Part shown: positions 1-11,055 of the stretch, one piece after another | Position numbering within the stretch: position 1 is the stretch's first letter | Layout of the letters: the number at the start of each line of letters is the position of its first letter | Origin: Nemertoderma westbladi | Lineage: Eukaryota; Animalia; Xenacoelomorpha | Direction of reading: 5' to 3' | Assembly (NCBI GenBank): GCA_032718475.1 | Contig: JAUCBJ010000102.1 | Location: 1-47,116, forward strand | Length of the DNA: 47,116 bases | Position numbers and translations under genes: made by a program | The notes under the pieces: model-generated | Told to the model about the DNA's origin: nothing | The model's input: only the letters and a program-made list of their open reading frames with translations | Databases searched by the model: none

Positions 1-3000
1 TTTATCAATGAATGTTCCTGTGCTGCCGGAGTCCAGGAGGGCGTTCACTATATAGCTCTTCTGAGGTCCATGGACCCGTAACTGGACTACAGGAAATTCT
101 CGGATTCCTACATCGGAAGTTGGTGCTTTCCACGATGGTTGTCGATCAGAAGTAGTTAGAGTGAAGTCGCTGTCTGTATCTTTTTCATATGTGAGTGCTC
201 GATACACTGCGGTATTTATCATGTAACAGGATTCGTTTGCGTCGGAGAACTCATCCGTATAGAATCCTTCCATCTCAGATTGATCAGTGTCGTTCACATC
301 ACTGAATTGGACATGTAGTTCGGAATCACTTACCTGATTAGGACTATTTCGATCGAATTCAGCGTGTAACAAGATATGATGTTTCGCACCACACTTTGCA
401 CACCTTATGTCAGAGTAACAGGTTCGCCGTTGGTGTCCTTGTCTGAGGCAATTATAACATAACCGCTTATCCCACATGACTTCCCGTCTCTCCGTTAATG
501 ATTTCTTCAGGAATTCATTACACATATTCAAACGATGGGTCCCATCACATAGCGCACATTTCGGTTTGATGTTACTCACCTTATTTTGCGTAACATTGTG
601 TACACTTGCTTTTTCTTCGGGCTTTCTCACCTGAATTCTCTTGGGAGACGTAGGAGGAGTTTTTCTTACCTGTTCTCTCCTGTCATTTGTTCGAGACTTG
701 AATTTACTTACCCGATCTTTAGGCATTTTATTTACGTAATAAGATCTATCAGTGTCTTTCCCGCTATCTTCTCCTTGAGAAGTCTGGCTTTCGCCGTCGT
801 CTGTATAACACACTGGTGTTACCTTTCTCCTAGAGACGGGTTTTTCACTTACCTTGTTTTCCGGTGTCTTCTCTCTGGACAGTTTCAGGAGCTGTAATTT
901 CACTTCTCCATCTAGGAATGACATGAGATCAGCCATGGTAGGGTCTCGTCGTTGTTGTTCCATCATATATAACACTTTCTTATCCCAGCGTGTACCTACT
1001 CCACCCTTCGGTAAAGTAGAAGCCACTGCTCTAATAACCATAGTATTCTGATACTCATGAGACTTACCTAGCCAATCTAATTGTCTGCAGATCTCCTGAA
1101 TCTCATCGGAAAACTCTATAATTCCGCTGCTAATAAACTTTCGGGGCGCTACCAACTTTGCATACAAATACCCAGCTATGTTATTCCTATTACCATACCT
1201 GATGTTTAGTGTATCCCAAACTTGTCTTAATCCGTCAGGATGTCCAATAAACTTTAACGCCATTAACTTGGGAGATCCTTCCAAGCACTCGATGAGGAAT
1301 CTAAGTTTCTCTCCATTAGATAGCACAGAGTTCTGTATGTTATCTTTGTAATATTCATTAAAAGGTAACCATTTCATCTCATCTCCATTGAACTTGACGA
1401 TCTCTCCCACCTTTACCGCTTGCCGGGCTTCGGTTCTAGCCATTTGACGCGTAAAACTTTCTTGGGCCATCGTGTTATTTAATATCGAGTTATCGGTATA
1501 TAAATTTCTCGGATTATGATCCGGTCTATAGGGAATATCATTATCAACAGGTCTATAATTACCCTTAATAGGGTTCACTATAGGAGTTTCTACTTCGCTA
1601 GCAGTATAGATGCGTGTAGGCTCCACACCTTGCGCATGAGATACTTCAGACCTAACAGGTTGACACATTGTTACAAGGGGTGGTGGTATACCCTTTTGTA
1701 AATTTACTAATTTATCACGTTCTAGCGCGATATTTTGCTGCACTTCCTGCAACTCTAACCTACTTTCCTTTACGGTTCCCTTTAACTGTTGAACAGTCCC
1801 TTCTAACTCTCGGACCTGTTGGGAGGAGCGCATTTGATTCTCCTCCATCTTTCCGAGGAGAATGTCCATCCCCCGCCGTCTCTCGTCCACCCAATCAACC
1901 GCCGAAACGGGATCCGCCAACGTTGTAGCGGGCGGACGAGGGACAACGGGCGACAAATCATGAATATTTCGCTCGGAGTCCGGAGCATGAACTGTCTCAT
2001 GGGCTGTTCTGCTGGGCACAGGTAGCTTAGTGCTGTGCAACGGGAATTGAGAGGTAGGTTCAGGGAGTACAGGTGTCTCTACGACCGAAAGGGTGACTTC
2101 GGGAACAGGCCTAACTATTTCAGGCTCATCTACTATAGTAGGGAGTCTCTCTATTGTAATTGTTTGTTCTGTGGGTTCTGTACTCGCTAAGTTGGTGTTA
2201 TTTAGTTGCCTTCTAACAGCTGGAGGCAAATCAGGCAATTTTTGACGGTGGAATGTTCTTTTACGTCTGCTTAGGCGAGATCGATTTCCTCCGCCTTCAG
2301 TGTCGGTGGTATCGCCTTCCTCGGATGATGTATAACCCTGTCTTTTGGGAGTAGATCGATTCATCATCTGCATATTACTAGCTGTTAACTGTTTACTGAA
2401 GTCGTCTTGCTTCTCTTGAAGATTTTCCAACTCCAGTTGGGCGATCTCTTCAGCCGCTCTCCGTTCTGCTTCCGCCACCGCTGCCGCTTTTGCCTCTGCC
2501 GCTGCCGCTGCTGCCGCTTTTGCCTCTGCCGCTGCTTCTGCTGCTGCCGCTTTTGCCTCTGCCGCTGCTCCTGCCAAGGTCGCTTTTCTTTCTGCCTCTG
2601 CCACTGCTGCTATCTTTCTGTCTTCTATACGTTTTTTCCTTACTTTTTCTTCTTGGTCTCTAGCGATGCGGAGTTGTTCATCGAATTTAGCTTGGTTCGC
2701 CGCTAACCTATCCACATCAATTGCATCCAACACACGCTGGGCTCCTTCACTATTAGGGCTAAGTCCATCTAACCTTCTCCTCAACTCGTCATCACCTAAA
2801 AAACGCTGATAGTCTGACAGATAGATGTCAATGGCATCCCTCTTATGCGGTTTCTCTGCCGTCGCTTCACTTTCCACTTGGGAAAAAGTAGCGTCCGTTG
2901 ATTCTCCATGGGTTGAGCGCTCCTCCAGCTGATCTTTCCACTGAGCTGTTCCTTGAACCTGGCGACTCACCCGTTGAAACCAAGTCTTTACGGCAACTTG

Positions 3001-3789
3001 CAACGACGTGTCTTGTCTTCTTTTAGAAGCCTCTTCAAAGGCTGATAATATTAGCCTAATTCGCAGAATTCTTTCTCTAACTTGATAAAGCAGTTGTCCC
3101 TGCTCTTGAGGTCCTTGAGGTTGTTGTAACAGTTGTTTTTCTACTCGCTCCATAGAGCTGAAGAATCCCTGTGCGTATCCGGCTGCGGACCTCTTCCACA
3201 CAGCTGGATCGATGGTTTCCTTGGCTACTCCCATCCGGTGTATGTCTTCCCAGGCAGCTTCTGATAAATCAAACGGGAGTCCGGGTCCGGGGAAGTTCCA
3301 TTGCGACTCGACAATAGACTTCAGTTCTTCACTCGTGTATCCCGCATAACTATCTCTAGTTGAACGCTGGCTTCTCGCCCAATCGATCTGATGTTCTTCC
3401 ACAGCGATCAATAACCTAGTGAGTACGGCTGCAGGAAGGATGAGAAGGGGATCTGAATAAGCCTCATCCATCATCCTTGCTCCGCGTTCGGGTGTCAGTT
3501 CTACCGTATCTTCACTACTGGAGCTATCGGGCCATTGAGAAGTAAGTTCTTGGCTCGCGGGTTGTTGCTGTTCCGCTGCTTCTTGGTCCCGTTTGACCTG
3601 AGCTCGAGTGCCTATGATAGACCTACGATGTTGGACCAGCCTAGGTTCTTTTATTACTACTGGAGGGATGACCTTCCTCACAGTGTGGGGTGAACTGAAC
3701 TTAGGTGTAGACGGTTCTACACCTTTATCTGAGTCGCAGATAGTTACATCTAATAAACTGTCTGACAGGTTCTGCTTAGTATCAGACAT
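1..3789 (-). CDS. gag: BEL/Pao LTR retrotransposon gag-protease polyprotein, N-terminal 1263 codons, runs off the left window edge
   Basis: Manual translation from ATG at 3789 (MSDTKQNLSD...) stays open in the segments read. It contains a DUF1759-like gag core (VKFNGDEMKWLPF...EKLRFLIECLEG), three Cys/His knuckles (CALCDGTHRLNMC, CYNCLRQGHQRRTC, CAKCGAKHHILLH) and the aspartic protease motif NALLDSGSTGTFID at 1-45. It has no stop in the window, which explains its absence from the ORF track. Confidence 0.92.
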   Translation of the reverse strand, partial: MSDTKQNLSDSLLDVTICDSDKGVEPSTPKFSSPHTVRKVIPPVVIKEPRLVQHRRSIIGTRAQVKRDQEAAEQQQPASQELTSQWPDSSSSEDTVELTPERGARMMDEAYSDPLLILPAAVLTRLLIAVEEHQIDWARSQRSTRDSYAGYTSEELKSIVESQWNFPGPGLPFDLSEAAWEDIHRMGVAKETIDPAVWKRSAAGYAQGFFSSMERVEKQLLQQPQGPQEQGQLLYQVRERILRIRLILSAFEEASKRRQDTSLQVAVKTWFQRVSRQVQGTAQWKDQLEERSTHGESTDATFSQVESEATAEKPHKRDAIDIYLSDYQRFLGDDELRRRLDGLSPNSEGAQRVLDAIDVDRLAANQAKFDEQLRIARDQEEKVRKKRIEDRKIAAVAEAERKATLAGAAAEAKAAAAEAAAEAKAAAAAAAEAKAAAVAEAERRAAEEIAQLELENLQEKQDDFSKQLTASNMQMMNRSTPKRQGYTSSEEGDTTDTEGGGNRSRLSRRKRTFHRQKLPDLPPAVRRQLNNTNLASTEPTEQTITIERLPTIVDEPEIVRPVPEVTLSVVETPVLPEPTSQFPLHSTKLPVPSRTAHETVHAPDSERNIHDLSPVVPRPPATTLADPVSAVDWVDERRRGMDILLGKMEENQMRSSQQVRELEGTVQQLKGTVKESRLELQEVQQNIALERDKLVNLQKGIPPPLVTMCQPVRSEVSHAQGVEPTRIYTASEVETPIVNPIKGNYRPVDNDIPYRPDHNPRNLYTDNSILNNTMAQESFTRQMARTEARQAVKVGEIVKFNGDEMKWLPFNEYYKDNIQNSVLSNGEKLRFLIECLEGSPKLMALKFIGHPDGLRQVWDTLNIRYGNRNNIAGYLYAKLVAPRKFISSGIIEFSDEIQEICRQLDWLGKSHEYQNTMVIRAVASTLPKGGVGTRWDKKVLYMMEQQRRDPTMADLMSFLDGEVKLQLLKLSREKTPENKVSEKPVSRRKVTPVCYTDDGESQTSQGEDSGKDTDRSYYVNKMPKDRVSKFKSRTNDRREQVRKTPPTSPKRIQVRKPEEKASVHNVTQNKVSNIKPKCALCDGTHRLNMCNEFLKKSLTERREVMWDKRLCYNCLRQGHQRRTCYSDIRCAKCGAKHHILLHAEFDRNSPNQVSDSELHVQFSDVNDTDQSEMEGFYTDEFSDANESCYMINTAVYRALTYEKDTDSDFTLTTSDRQPSWKAPTSDVGIREFPVVQLRVHGPQKSYIVNALLDSGSTGTFIDK
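2470..2610 (-). repeat. Coding 30-33 bp tandem repeat encoding EAKAAAA-type Ala-rich helix in gag
   Basis: gccgcttttgcctctgccgctgc occurs 3 times and translates on minus to AEAKAAAAEAAAEAKAAAAAAAEAKAAAVAEAERR. Confidence 0.85.
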
Positions 3790-3919
3790 GTTTGTTTAAA
3801 CAGTTGAATGTCTACCGCTATATTACAGTCTAAGCAAGTCTAGCAATTCAGTGTTAACTGCTAGCCTAGTAATTAATTACCGATACTGCTACTCAGTGTA
3901 GCGTGATATATATAATATA

Positions 3920-4175
3920 TTAGAATACCGGTATGCTTATAGTATATATAACTATATAAGTATTATTACAGACTAGGTTTATCACAGAATACCGGTATAA
4001 TTTTAGCACAAAGATATATAAATATATAATAGGCCTATCGGGAATACCGGTATACAGCTTACAGTTTGTAGTATATATAATTCTGGACTAGAATTAATTA
4101 CAAGTACCGGTATGATCTCAGCCTAAATTTATAGAAATAAAGATAATAGGCCTATCGTAAATACCGGTATATCAA
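3920..4175. repeat. Degenerate ~58-bp tandem repeat with TACCGGTA palindromic core
   Basis: taccggtat at 3926, 3990, 4045, 4105 and 4162. Alternate units are preceded by gactag or ataataggcctatcg. Confidence 0.65.
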
Positions 4176-5094
4176 TTATTTTAAATAATTAAATTTCTGA
4201 ATTTTAGGGTTACTTGGTTACTTTAACTTACTTTATTACCGTTATTTAAGCAGTAGTCCAACTGATATTGAGACCTAATTGTTGTATGGCAGGCCTACTA
4301 TTTATAAATCGTTTGAGTTGATTTATAATATATATATACCCGTTGAAATGGGTTTTTGTCAATGTTTGAAATAAATGTTATTATTTCTGGGGAGTAATCA
4401 CTACACAAAGCGGTGCGCTTTCAGTGAAGTGTTACTTATAGGACACTAAAACAAATAATGCTAATTTACCTAAGTTACTTAATACTACAAATTACGTACA
4501 ATTCGGGTGAGATTACAATCTCTAAATAAACACAAAAATTTATAAACACACAAAATACGAATTTTCAGGGTAATTTTACAAACCAGCCTAACAAAGGGTT
4601 AGAAATCTGGTTATTACAACGGACAGGGTACTGCGGTATTTGAAAATAATACGTAGTAGTAAATACACTGCGTTGTCCAGATTGGAAAATACCACCGCCT
4701 GACGACCTATAGCCGTATCGCTATAGGTACTACGTTATGTATCACGGAGTGTTCCTACCTAGAAGTTAATAGAGCTAATCGAACGTGCCTATCAACCACT
4801 TTACAACAGAAATATAATGCCTACACTAATTACTTTCGGAAAGCACTGTACACTAAACCCTAAATTAGGTACGAGTACTTGTACAACATATAATCAGTAG
4901 TTAAATATACTTGAACAGTTAAAAGAACCACGGCATCTGCTGGAGTGACCGGTGCACAAAATCACCAGTCTTTACCTACGCCAAGCAGCCCGTGTAGTAC
5001 CGGGTTAATTTAACTATAGCGGTATGTATAACAAACAGAATTATTGTATGAACAAACTTGGGGAATGAATGTTGCGAATAATCGCATAAACTCT

Positions 5095-5665
5095 GAATAA
5101 TAAATATTACGCTACGCGTACAAACCACTCAAACAAAATGCAGACCAAATACTGACAGACTACTATCAAGCCTAAATAAACTACAGGACATGCAGACTCC
5201 GAAATGATTAGGTAGTATGCGTTCTAACCCAGTAGTACGACTTATTCTTTAGATGGGGGTTTACCTTACAGCTTTGGCTGCCCCTACTTCCTAACCGTTC
5301 TTTATCGGACAGAGGCTCTACACACACTGCAATCCTTCAGACCTAATAACAGCCAGACAACTATCCAGCCTACAAATTATCTAAATAAATATTATACGCT
5401 ACCTGTACAGACTACACAAACAAAGTACAGACTAAACGATGGCAGACTACTCTCAAGCCTAAATAAACTACAGGACATGCAGACTCCGAAATGATTAGGT
5501 AGTATGCGTTCTAACCCAGTAGTACGACTTATTCTTTAGTTGGGGGTTTACCTTACAGCTTTGGCTGCCCCTACTTCCTAACCGTTCTTTATCGGACAGA
5601 GGCTCTACACACACTGCAATCCGTTCAGACTTAACAGCAATCAGACAACAGCTCAGCCTACAAAT
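5095..5665. repeat. Tandem duplication, period ~287 bp
   Basis: cctaaataaactacaggacatgcagactccgaaatgattagg... at 5171 and 5458. A ~180-nt core is near-identical while the linkers are diverged. Confidence 0.9.
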
Positions 5666-5944
5666 TGTCTGTACAATCTGATCAGGCTTACACGCCTTCT
5701 GTTCAATACTGGCCTACAAACAAATAAAACTTGACAGAAATAAGTAAAAATCTCAATAAAAAACCAGGGCTGCAGTCCCTGATTAATTATTAAGGCCTAC
5801 CGGTGTATAATTATCAAAATCGAATAATACTGCTGTACCTGTACTGCTGTATGTACCGGTCCGGGTGGTTAGGTAGTCAGGCCTACTTGGTACCGGTTGC
5901 CGGTACTTCAGCTTTATTGCCTACTGCAATACAGAAGCGATATC

Positions 5945-7125
5945 CGTTATTGTTCGCGCTTTCAGACCTTTGGCAGTTTAACCCGCCAAATTAGGATGTC
6001 TTCTAGATAATAAATCACTTTTAGCCTCTGACAAGTATTTGATTCACTACACTAGTCGAAACCAATCGGTGCGCGATCATTCACCCGCTGGATATACCCG
6101 GGAGATTGGGTTCGACGGCTTAATCGTATTGCTATGTAAGCCTAATGTATTATTCGACTGACAGTATTATATAATTTCTGACAATATTATTCACCTTCGG
6201 GGAATATTAACAGTTCCTTTAGGACTTTGCGCTCTATCTATAAACAGAGTTATGACTTAAACTACTCACAACGATATGGCTTAGTTACAATTCACATATA
6301 TGGCGCATTCTTTAGGAAATGCTTCGTTATCAGTCTCACTCATACACAATGCTGCACAATACTGCACACTGATCTGCCGATCTTCACTGATTTTAGTCAC
6401 ATATAAAAGGAACACGGACCGAATCATGTAGGGTCTATCAAATAACATTAGATTCACTTCAAACCACTTTAACATAAGTCACAATCGTTATATGTAACCT
6501 TTCTCTCTTACCTTCGTTATATCAAGAATATTAGGTTTTCGGGGTTATTTATCGTAATTCCAAATATAATAATTCATCAACCATATTATGAAGAACCGAC
6601 AGTAAATAGCATTATAACAGTTTGGTTTGAGACAATCAGTCAGTTTGTTTAGATTTGATAACGGATATATGTCCTTATAATTAAGCCTACTAGTGTTAGG
6701 CTAAAACAGAAAAGCACAAAATATTCCCAAGCCGCTCTCTCCTGGCTCAGGACAGAATGTAAACACTGCCCATAACGCATTGAGTGATTTCTAGGAAATT
6801 TCTGTACAAGAGCCATAAAAATGCTCTGATTGGCTGACTGAACTGAGAGATGCCGTAGAACAAAGAAAATCGACACGTATGAATATCAGCTGTTAACCGT
6901 CGTCAAAGTAACTACTGTTCAAGAGTAGCTATCACCTTTTGCGTCACGGAATTGCCATAGAATCATCAACTATGCCTTTCACAGTACACATACGGAGGAA
7001 ATAGCTCTTAGATCCTCTAAAAAACATCGATACAGCAATAATACGGTCTCTTACACCTATTAAATCAACTACAGAGTATTTTAATGTAAAAGATAATAAA
7101 AATAACGGGGCAATTCAGCAAAGGC
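5945..7125. repeat. Diverged ~1.2 kb module, copy A (copy B at ~9840-11055)
   Basis: Colinear shared blocks: tgttcgcgctt..agacctttggcagtttaacccgccaaat, cattcacccgctggatatacccgggaga, gttcctttaggac, ttctttaggaaatgctt, ctctgattgg, ggaattgcca/agaattgcca, gggcaattc.gcaaa. Confidence 0.85.
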
Positions 7126-7127
7126 TT

Positions 7128-7334
7128 TTACAGATGGGAAGTGATAAACTGGGAATATCTACTGCCAACTGCTATAGACTCCTGCCCCAAAATTTGTTGT
7201 ACAGCAGGCCTGTTATTTTTATCTAATATGGCTATTTCGCACCGGTAACAAAAACCGTTTAGTGTAGCTCTAGCTAATGTTAAAAAAATCCCACATGATT
7301 CACAGTTGTTTCTATTTCCCTTCCTGCGTGGCAT
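7128..7334 (-). CDS. Small 68-aa ORF with CxxC-x14-CxxC putative zinc ribbon, in the BEL leader
   Basis: ATG start, MPRRKGNRNN-CESC...CYRC. The stop abuts the end of duplicated module A. Confidence 0.35.
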   Translation of the reverse strand: MPRRKGNRNNCESCGIFLTLARATLNGFCYRCEIAILDKNNRPAVQQILGQESIAVGSRYSQFITSHL

Positions 7335-8074
7335 TTTATAAGTTTTTGGATGAGTTGTGGCATCAGTTCATAGGAATGGCCTTGGAAATGCGGTAGTTTA
7401 CTGCGATTGATAATAGGTGGTCCAATATATAGGGTTTAGTTTATTTCGCATTGTTCGTTCATGATGTAATACGCTATAGACAATCTAAAATAACTCGAGA
7501 TCTACAGTATAATGACTCTAACTTCCTATTATACTATCATAAAAACTTTGTATAAATGGCTAATTAATTAACATTAAATTTATTGGACCGTACGAATTCA
7601 AAGTGAATAAAACACACAATAATAATAATTCCCACTAAGTAACAAAACACACTAATACCACACCTAATAAATAGACTATAAGAACAGTAAACGAAAATAA
7701 TACACACTGTTTAGGTATTCATCTTCTCTCACCTCTTCAATGTCAGATGTTGCAAATACTGATAACACGAATAACGGTATATATTTCAATACTTGTCAAT
7801 AGTAATATATATAATTCAGATAACTATTTTATATCTGTACTGTTGAGCAAACTCTACATAAATTCAAACCTGTGTATCGCCGGTAGTGCTGTTGCTGTGC
7901 AAGTGTTGACGTGCTTGTTGCCACCGATCACGCGGTCAGCCGGTACCAGTAGTAGGGTGGTACCTACGGTGCGCACTACAACGGCAGTACAGCAATACGG
8001 TGTACCTTGCCAATGACTGAATGATTAGCGGTAACTATCTAAACTATTACTGTATTATATTATTATTACCGGTG

Positions 8075-8990
8075 CCGGTGTCACAAGGAAATCAGCCCCC
8101 CCTAGAATATGCCCCCCGGGGCATTATTTCCTAGGATATTATGTCCCCCCGGGCAATTTTTCCTAGGAAATTTAGCCCGGGGGGGGCATTTTCTCCTTAG
8201 GAAATAATGCCTCCCCTCAGGAAAATTAGCCCCCCTCAAAAGTCTGAAAACTGGTACGATACCGGTCTGCTGGTAGCCACATTTAATCTACCAACTGCAG
8301 AACTTGTAATAGTTGGAAGAATAGTACGGTACCGGTCTGCCGGTAGGTAAGCAGGTAAGGCAGTAAGGGATGTAGAACAGCATACTGAAGTATCTAAGTC
8401 AGTAGGCTACTGTAGTAACTACTGGTATAACAGCAGTGCGAGTGTGTGGTGTTGTGTGGGCGCCGGGCAGCTCCAAGCTTTTTTAAGTCTAACCTGCTCC
8501 TTTCCCTGATTTGGTAAAGTGATTGTTTATTGTTTTGGTTAGAAAATCCCGCCTCTGTAACCTGCTCCTTTCTCTCAATTGGTAATGATATCGTTTATTG
8601 TTTTGGTTAGAAAATCCCGTCTCTGTAACCTGCTCCTTTCCCTGGTTTGCTAAAGTGACTGTTTATTGTTTTGGTTAGAAAATCCCGCCTCTGTAACCTG
8701 CTCCTTTACCTCAATTAGTTAAATGATCGTTTATTGTTTTGGTTAGAAAGGCCTGCCTCTGTAACCTGCTCCTTTCCTTCATTTGGTAAAGTGACTGTTT
8801 ATTGTTTTGTATAATTTTTGTAAGTTTTAGTAGTAATAAGTTTTGTTTATTGTATAATTCAGGGGGGGCATAATTTCCTAATGGGGGGCATTTTTTCCTA
8901 GGGAAATTTGCCCGGGGGGGCATTTTTTCCTAGGAAAATATGCCCCCCCGGGCACATTTCCCGGGGGGGCATATTTTCCTGTTACACCGG
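8075..8990. mobile_element. Non-autonomous DNA transposon (MITE) with modular GC-rich terminal inverted repeats
   Basis: Left end ccggtgtcacaaggaaatcagcccccc, right end ggggggcatattttcctgttacaccgg. Repeated gccccccggggcatt..ttcctagg subterminal motifs at both ends. Confidence 0.8.
8488..8810. repeat. 68-bp tandem repeat inside the MITE (~4.7 copies)
   Basis: aacctgctccttt at 8491, 8559, 8627, 8695 and 8763. Confidence 0.92.
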
Positions 8991-9269
8991 TACTGGGCTA
9001 ATTAGGCCTCAGCTATAATCACCGCAAGGGTTGGCGGAGCCATGTTTAATTAGATTACATGATATGGTATGTCTGCAGTGTATGGTACCGGCTGACCAGT
9101 ATTGCAGTATTGACTGATTGCAGGATTCTCGATTCAGGGAATGAGTACAGCCTGAGAGTACCGGTACACATGGTACATGCAGAATTGCAAAATTTCTTAT
9201 ATTCTATAGTAATAATAATTTAACGCGTTTTAAATTTGGATAAATAAATTTATTATAACTGCAATAACA

Positions 9270-9500
9270 CTGATGCTGCACGAAGGCCCCACGCTTGCCT
9301 ATCTACTTGGAAAATTTTCAAACTTTTGCCAAACAACATGTGTATCAAGTTTGAATAGATTTCAAGAAGGATTGGCCGAGTTATTAACGTTTAAAATAAA
9401 ATACTGAAAAAAAAACGAGACAGAACGACAGAACGACAGGTTGATTAATGGTACCACTACGCTAAGGCTCACTCACTTCGTGGCTCGCCCCACATTAATA
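9270..9500 (+). mobile_element. Helentron/HINE-like non-autonomous element fragment
   Basis: gctgcacgaaggccccac motif, acagaacg microrepeat and 3' ggctcactcacttcgtggctcgccccac end. The same motifs recur at 29067, 29135-29175 (inverted) and 29315. Confidence 0.45.
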
Positions 9501-9839
9501 ATTATTTTTATTTCAAAAATTAGTCAAAGTTCCAAACGATAACTGATGAAAATTTACGAGGTCATCTAGAAGATTCTATCCAAGATTATAACGGTGGCTG
9601 GAGAGTATTTGGCTGGACTAAAGCAGTCATGAATGCGAACGACGTAGCCGAGATTACTACCCTACACATATCGGCCATACGGCCACTAAACAGAGCTTAT
9701 GTGTTTAGCCAAACCGGTCTTTGTTACGAAACCTAAGGAAATAACAATTTCCAATTTCATTTGAATACTAAGTATTCAAAAGAAGATCAGATCAATTGAT
9801 TGAATAACACCAGTTCAATCCCGTATCTTACAGAATATT

Positions 9840-11055
9840 ATATGTTCGCGCTTTTAAGACCTTTGGCAGTTTAACCCGCCAAATCTATATGTCTTCTAGG
9901 TTATAAATCTACTCCAGCCTATGACAAGTATTGAACACCTATAATAATTCTAACATTAGCCAAAGCCAGTCTGTGCGCGACCATTCACCCGCTGGATATA
10001 CCCGGGAGACTGGATTTGGATGCTTTAATTTGATTGCGGTGCAGGCCTACCGTACTATTCGATTGATCGTTAATATATAATCTCTGATAAATATTATTCA
10101 CTTTCGGGAAATATTAGCAGTTCCTTTAGGACGTGGCGCTCTATCTATTTAAACAGAGCTATGACTTATCCTATACGCAACGGTATGTCTTATAGATCAC
10201 CAAAGTGCATTCTTTAGGAAATGCTTTGTTACTCGGTCAAGCACACTCAGACTATTGCACACAACTGCAGACATGAATTGCCGATATTCACTGATTTTAA
10301 TCATATATAAAGAGAACAGCAACCAACATTTGTAGGGCCTATTAAGTAGCATTGAACTCACTACAAACCACAATAATGTATGTCGCAAGTTGATATATGT
10401 AACCGGTCTCTCTAACCTTAGTGTATCAAGAAGAATGGGTTTAGGATCGTTATCAATATTCTTCCCAATAATAATATGTAAACGAATGATACAATTAACA
10501 ACACAGTAAATAGCAGTAAATAATGTGGCGAAAAGCAGTTTACGTCAGGGTGCTTAATCAGGTGCCTGACAAGCAAGATAACCGTTAGATGATCTTATAA
10601 TTAAAGACGCTCTAATGTCAGAAACATTCCCCGGCCGATGTTCTAGGCGTGGGGGAAACATCAGTACTGAATCCCGTAATTCTGCTGTACAGCTTTTACA
10701 CAAAGAGGGAAATCTCTGATTGGTCGAATGGCAAAAGCTCCACGTGGACACAGCTGATAGATGTCGTCATTTTGAGCTGAGCAGAACAAAGAACCAAGGC
10801 AAGGCTCCGGGCAAGCTACACGTGTAAAGCTCAGCCGTTAGCTGTCGTCATAGTAACGACACTGTTTCAAGAGGATCTAGGGCGTTGCGTCATAGAATTG
10901 CCAATTATGTCCTCTAAAGTACGCATACAGAAGAAATAGCTTTTATGTCCCCTAAAAACACCGGTACAGCAATGACACGGCCTTTTATGCCTGCTAAACC
11001 AACTACAGAGTACTTTACAGGGAAAATAACCGGGCAATTCCGCAAAAGCTTGTAC
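9840..11055. repeat. Diverged ~1.2 kb module, copy B
   Basis: Colinear with 5945-7125 (same conserved blocks in the same order). Confidence 0.85.

Noticed and set aside
2407-2706. Cys-rich 99-aa plus-strand ORF
   Set aside because: Antisense shadow of the Ala-rich repeat in the minus-strand gag.
4695-4735. Hammerhead candidate CTGACGA plus 9-bp hairpin
   Set aside because: The hairpin is followed by TACTAC, not GAAA, so the catalytic core is incomplete.
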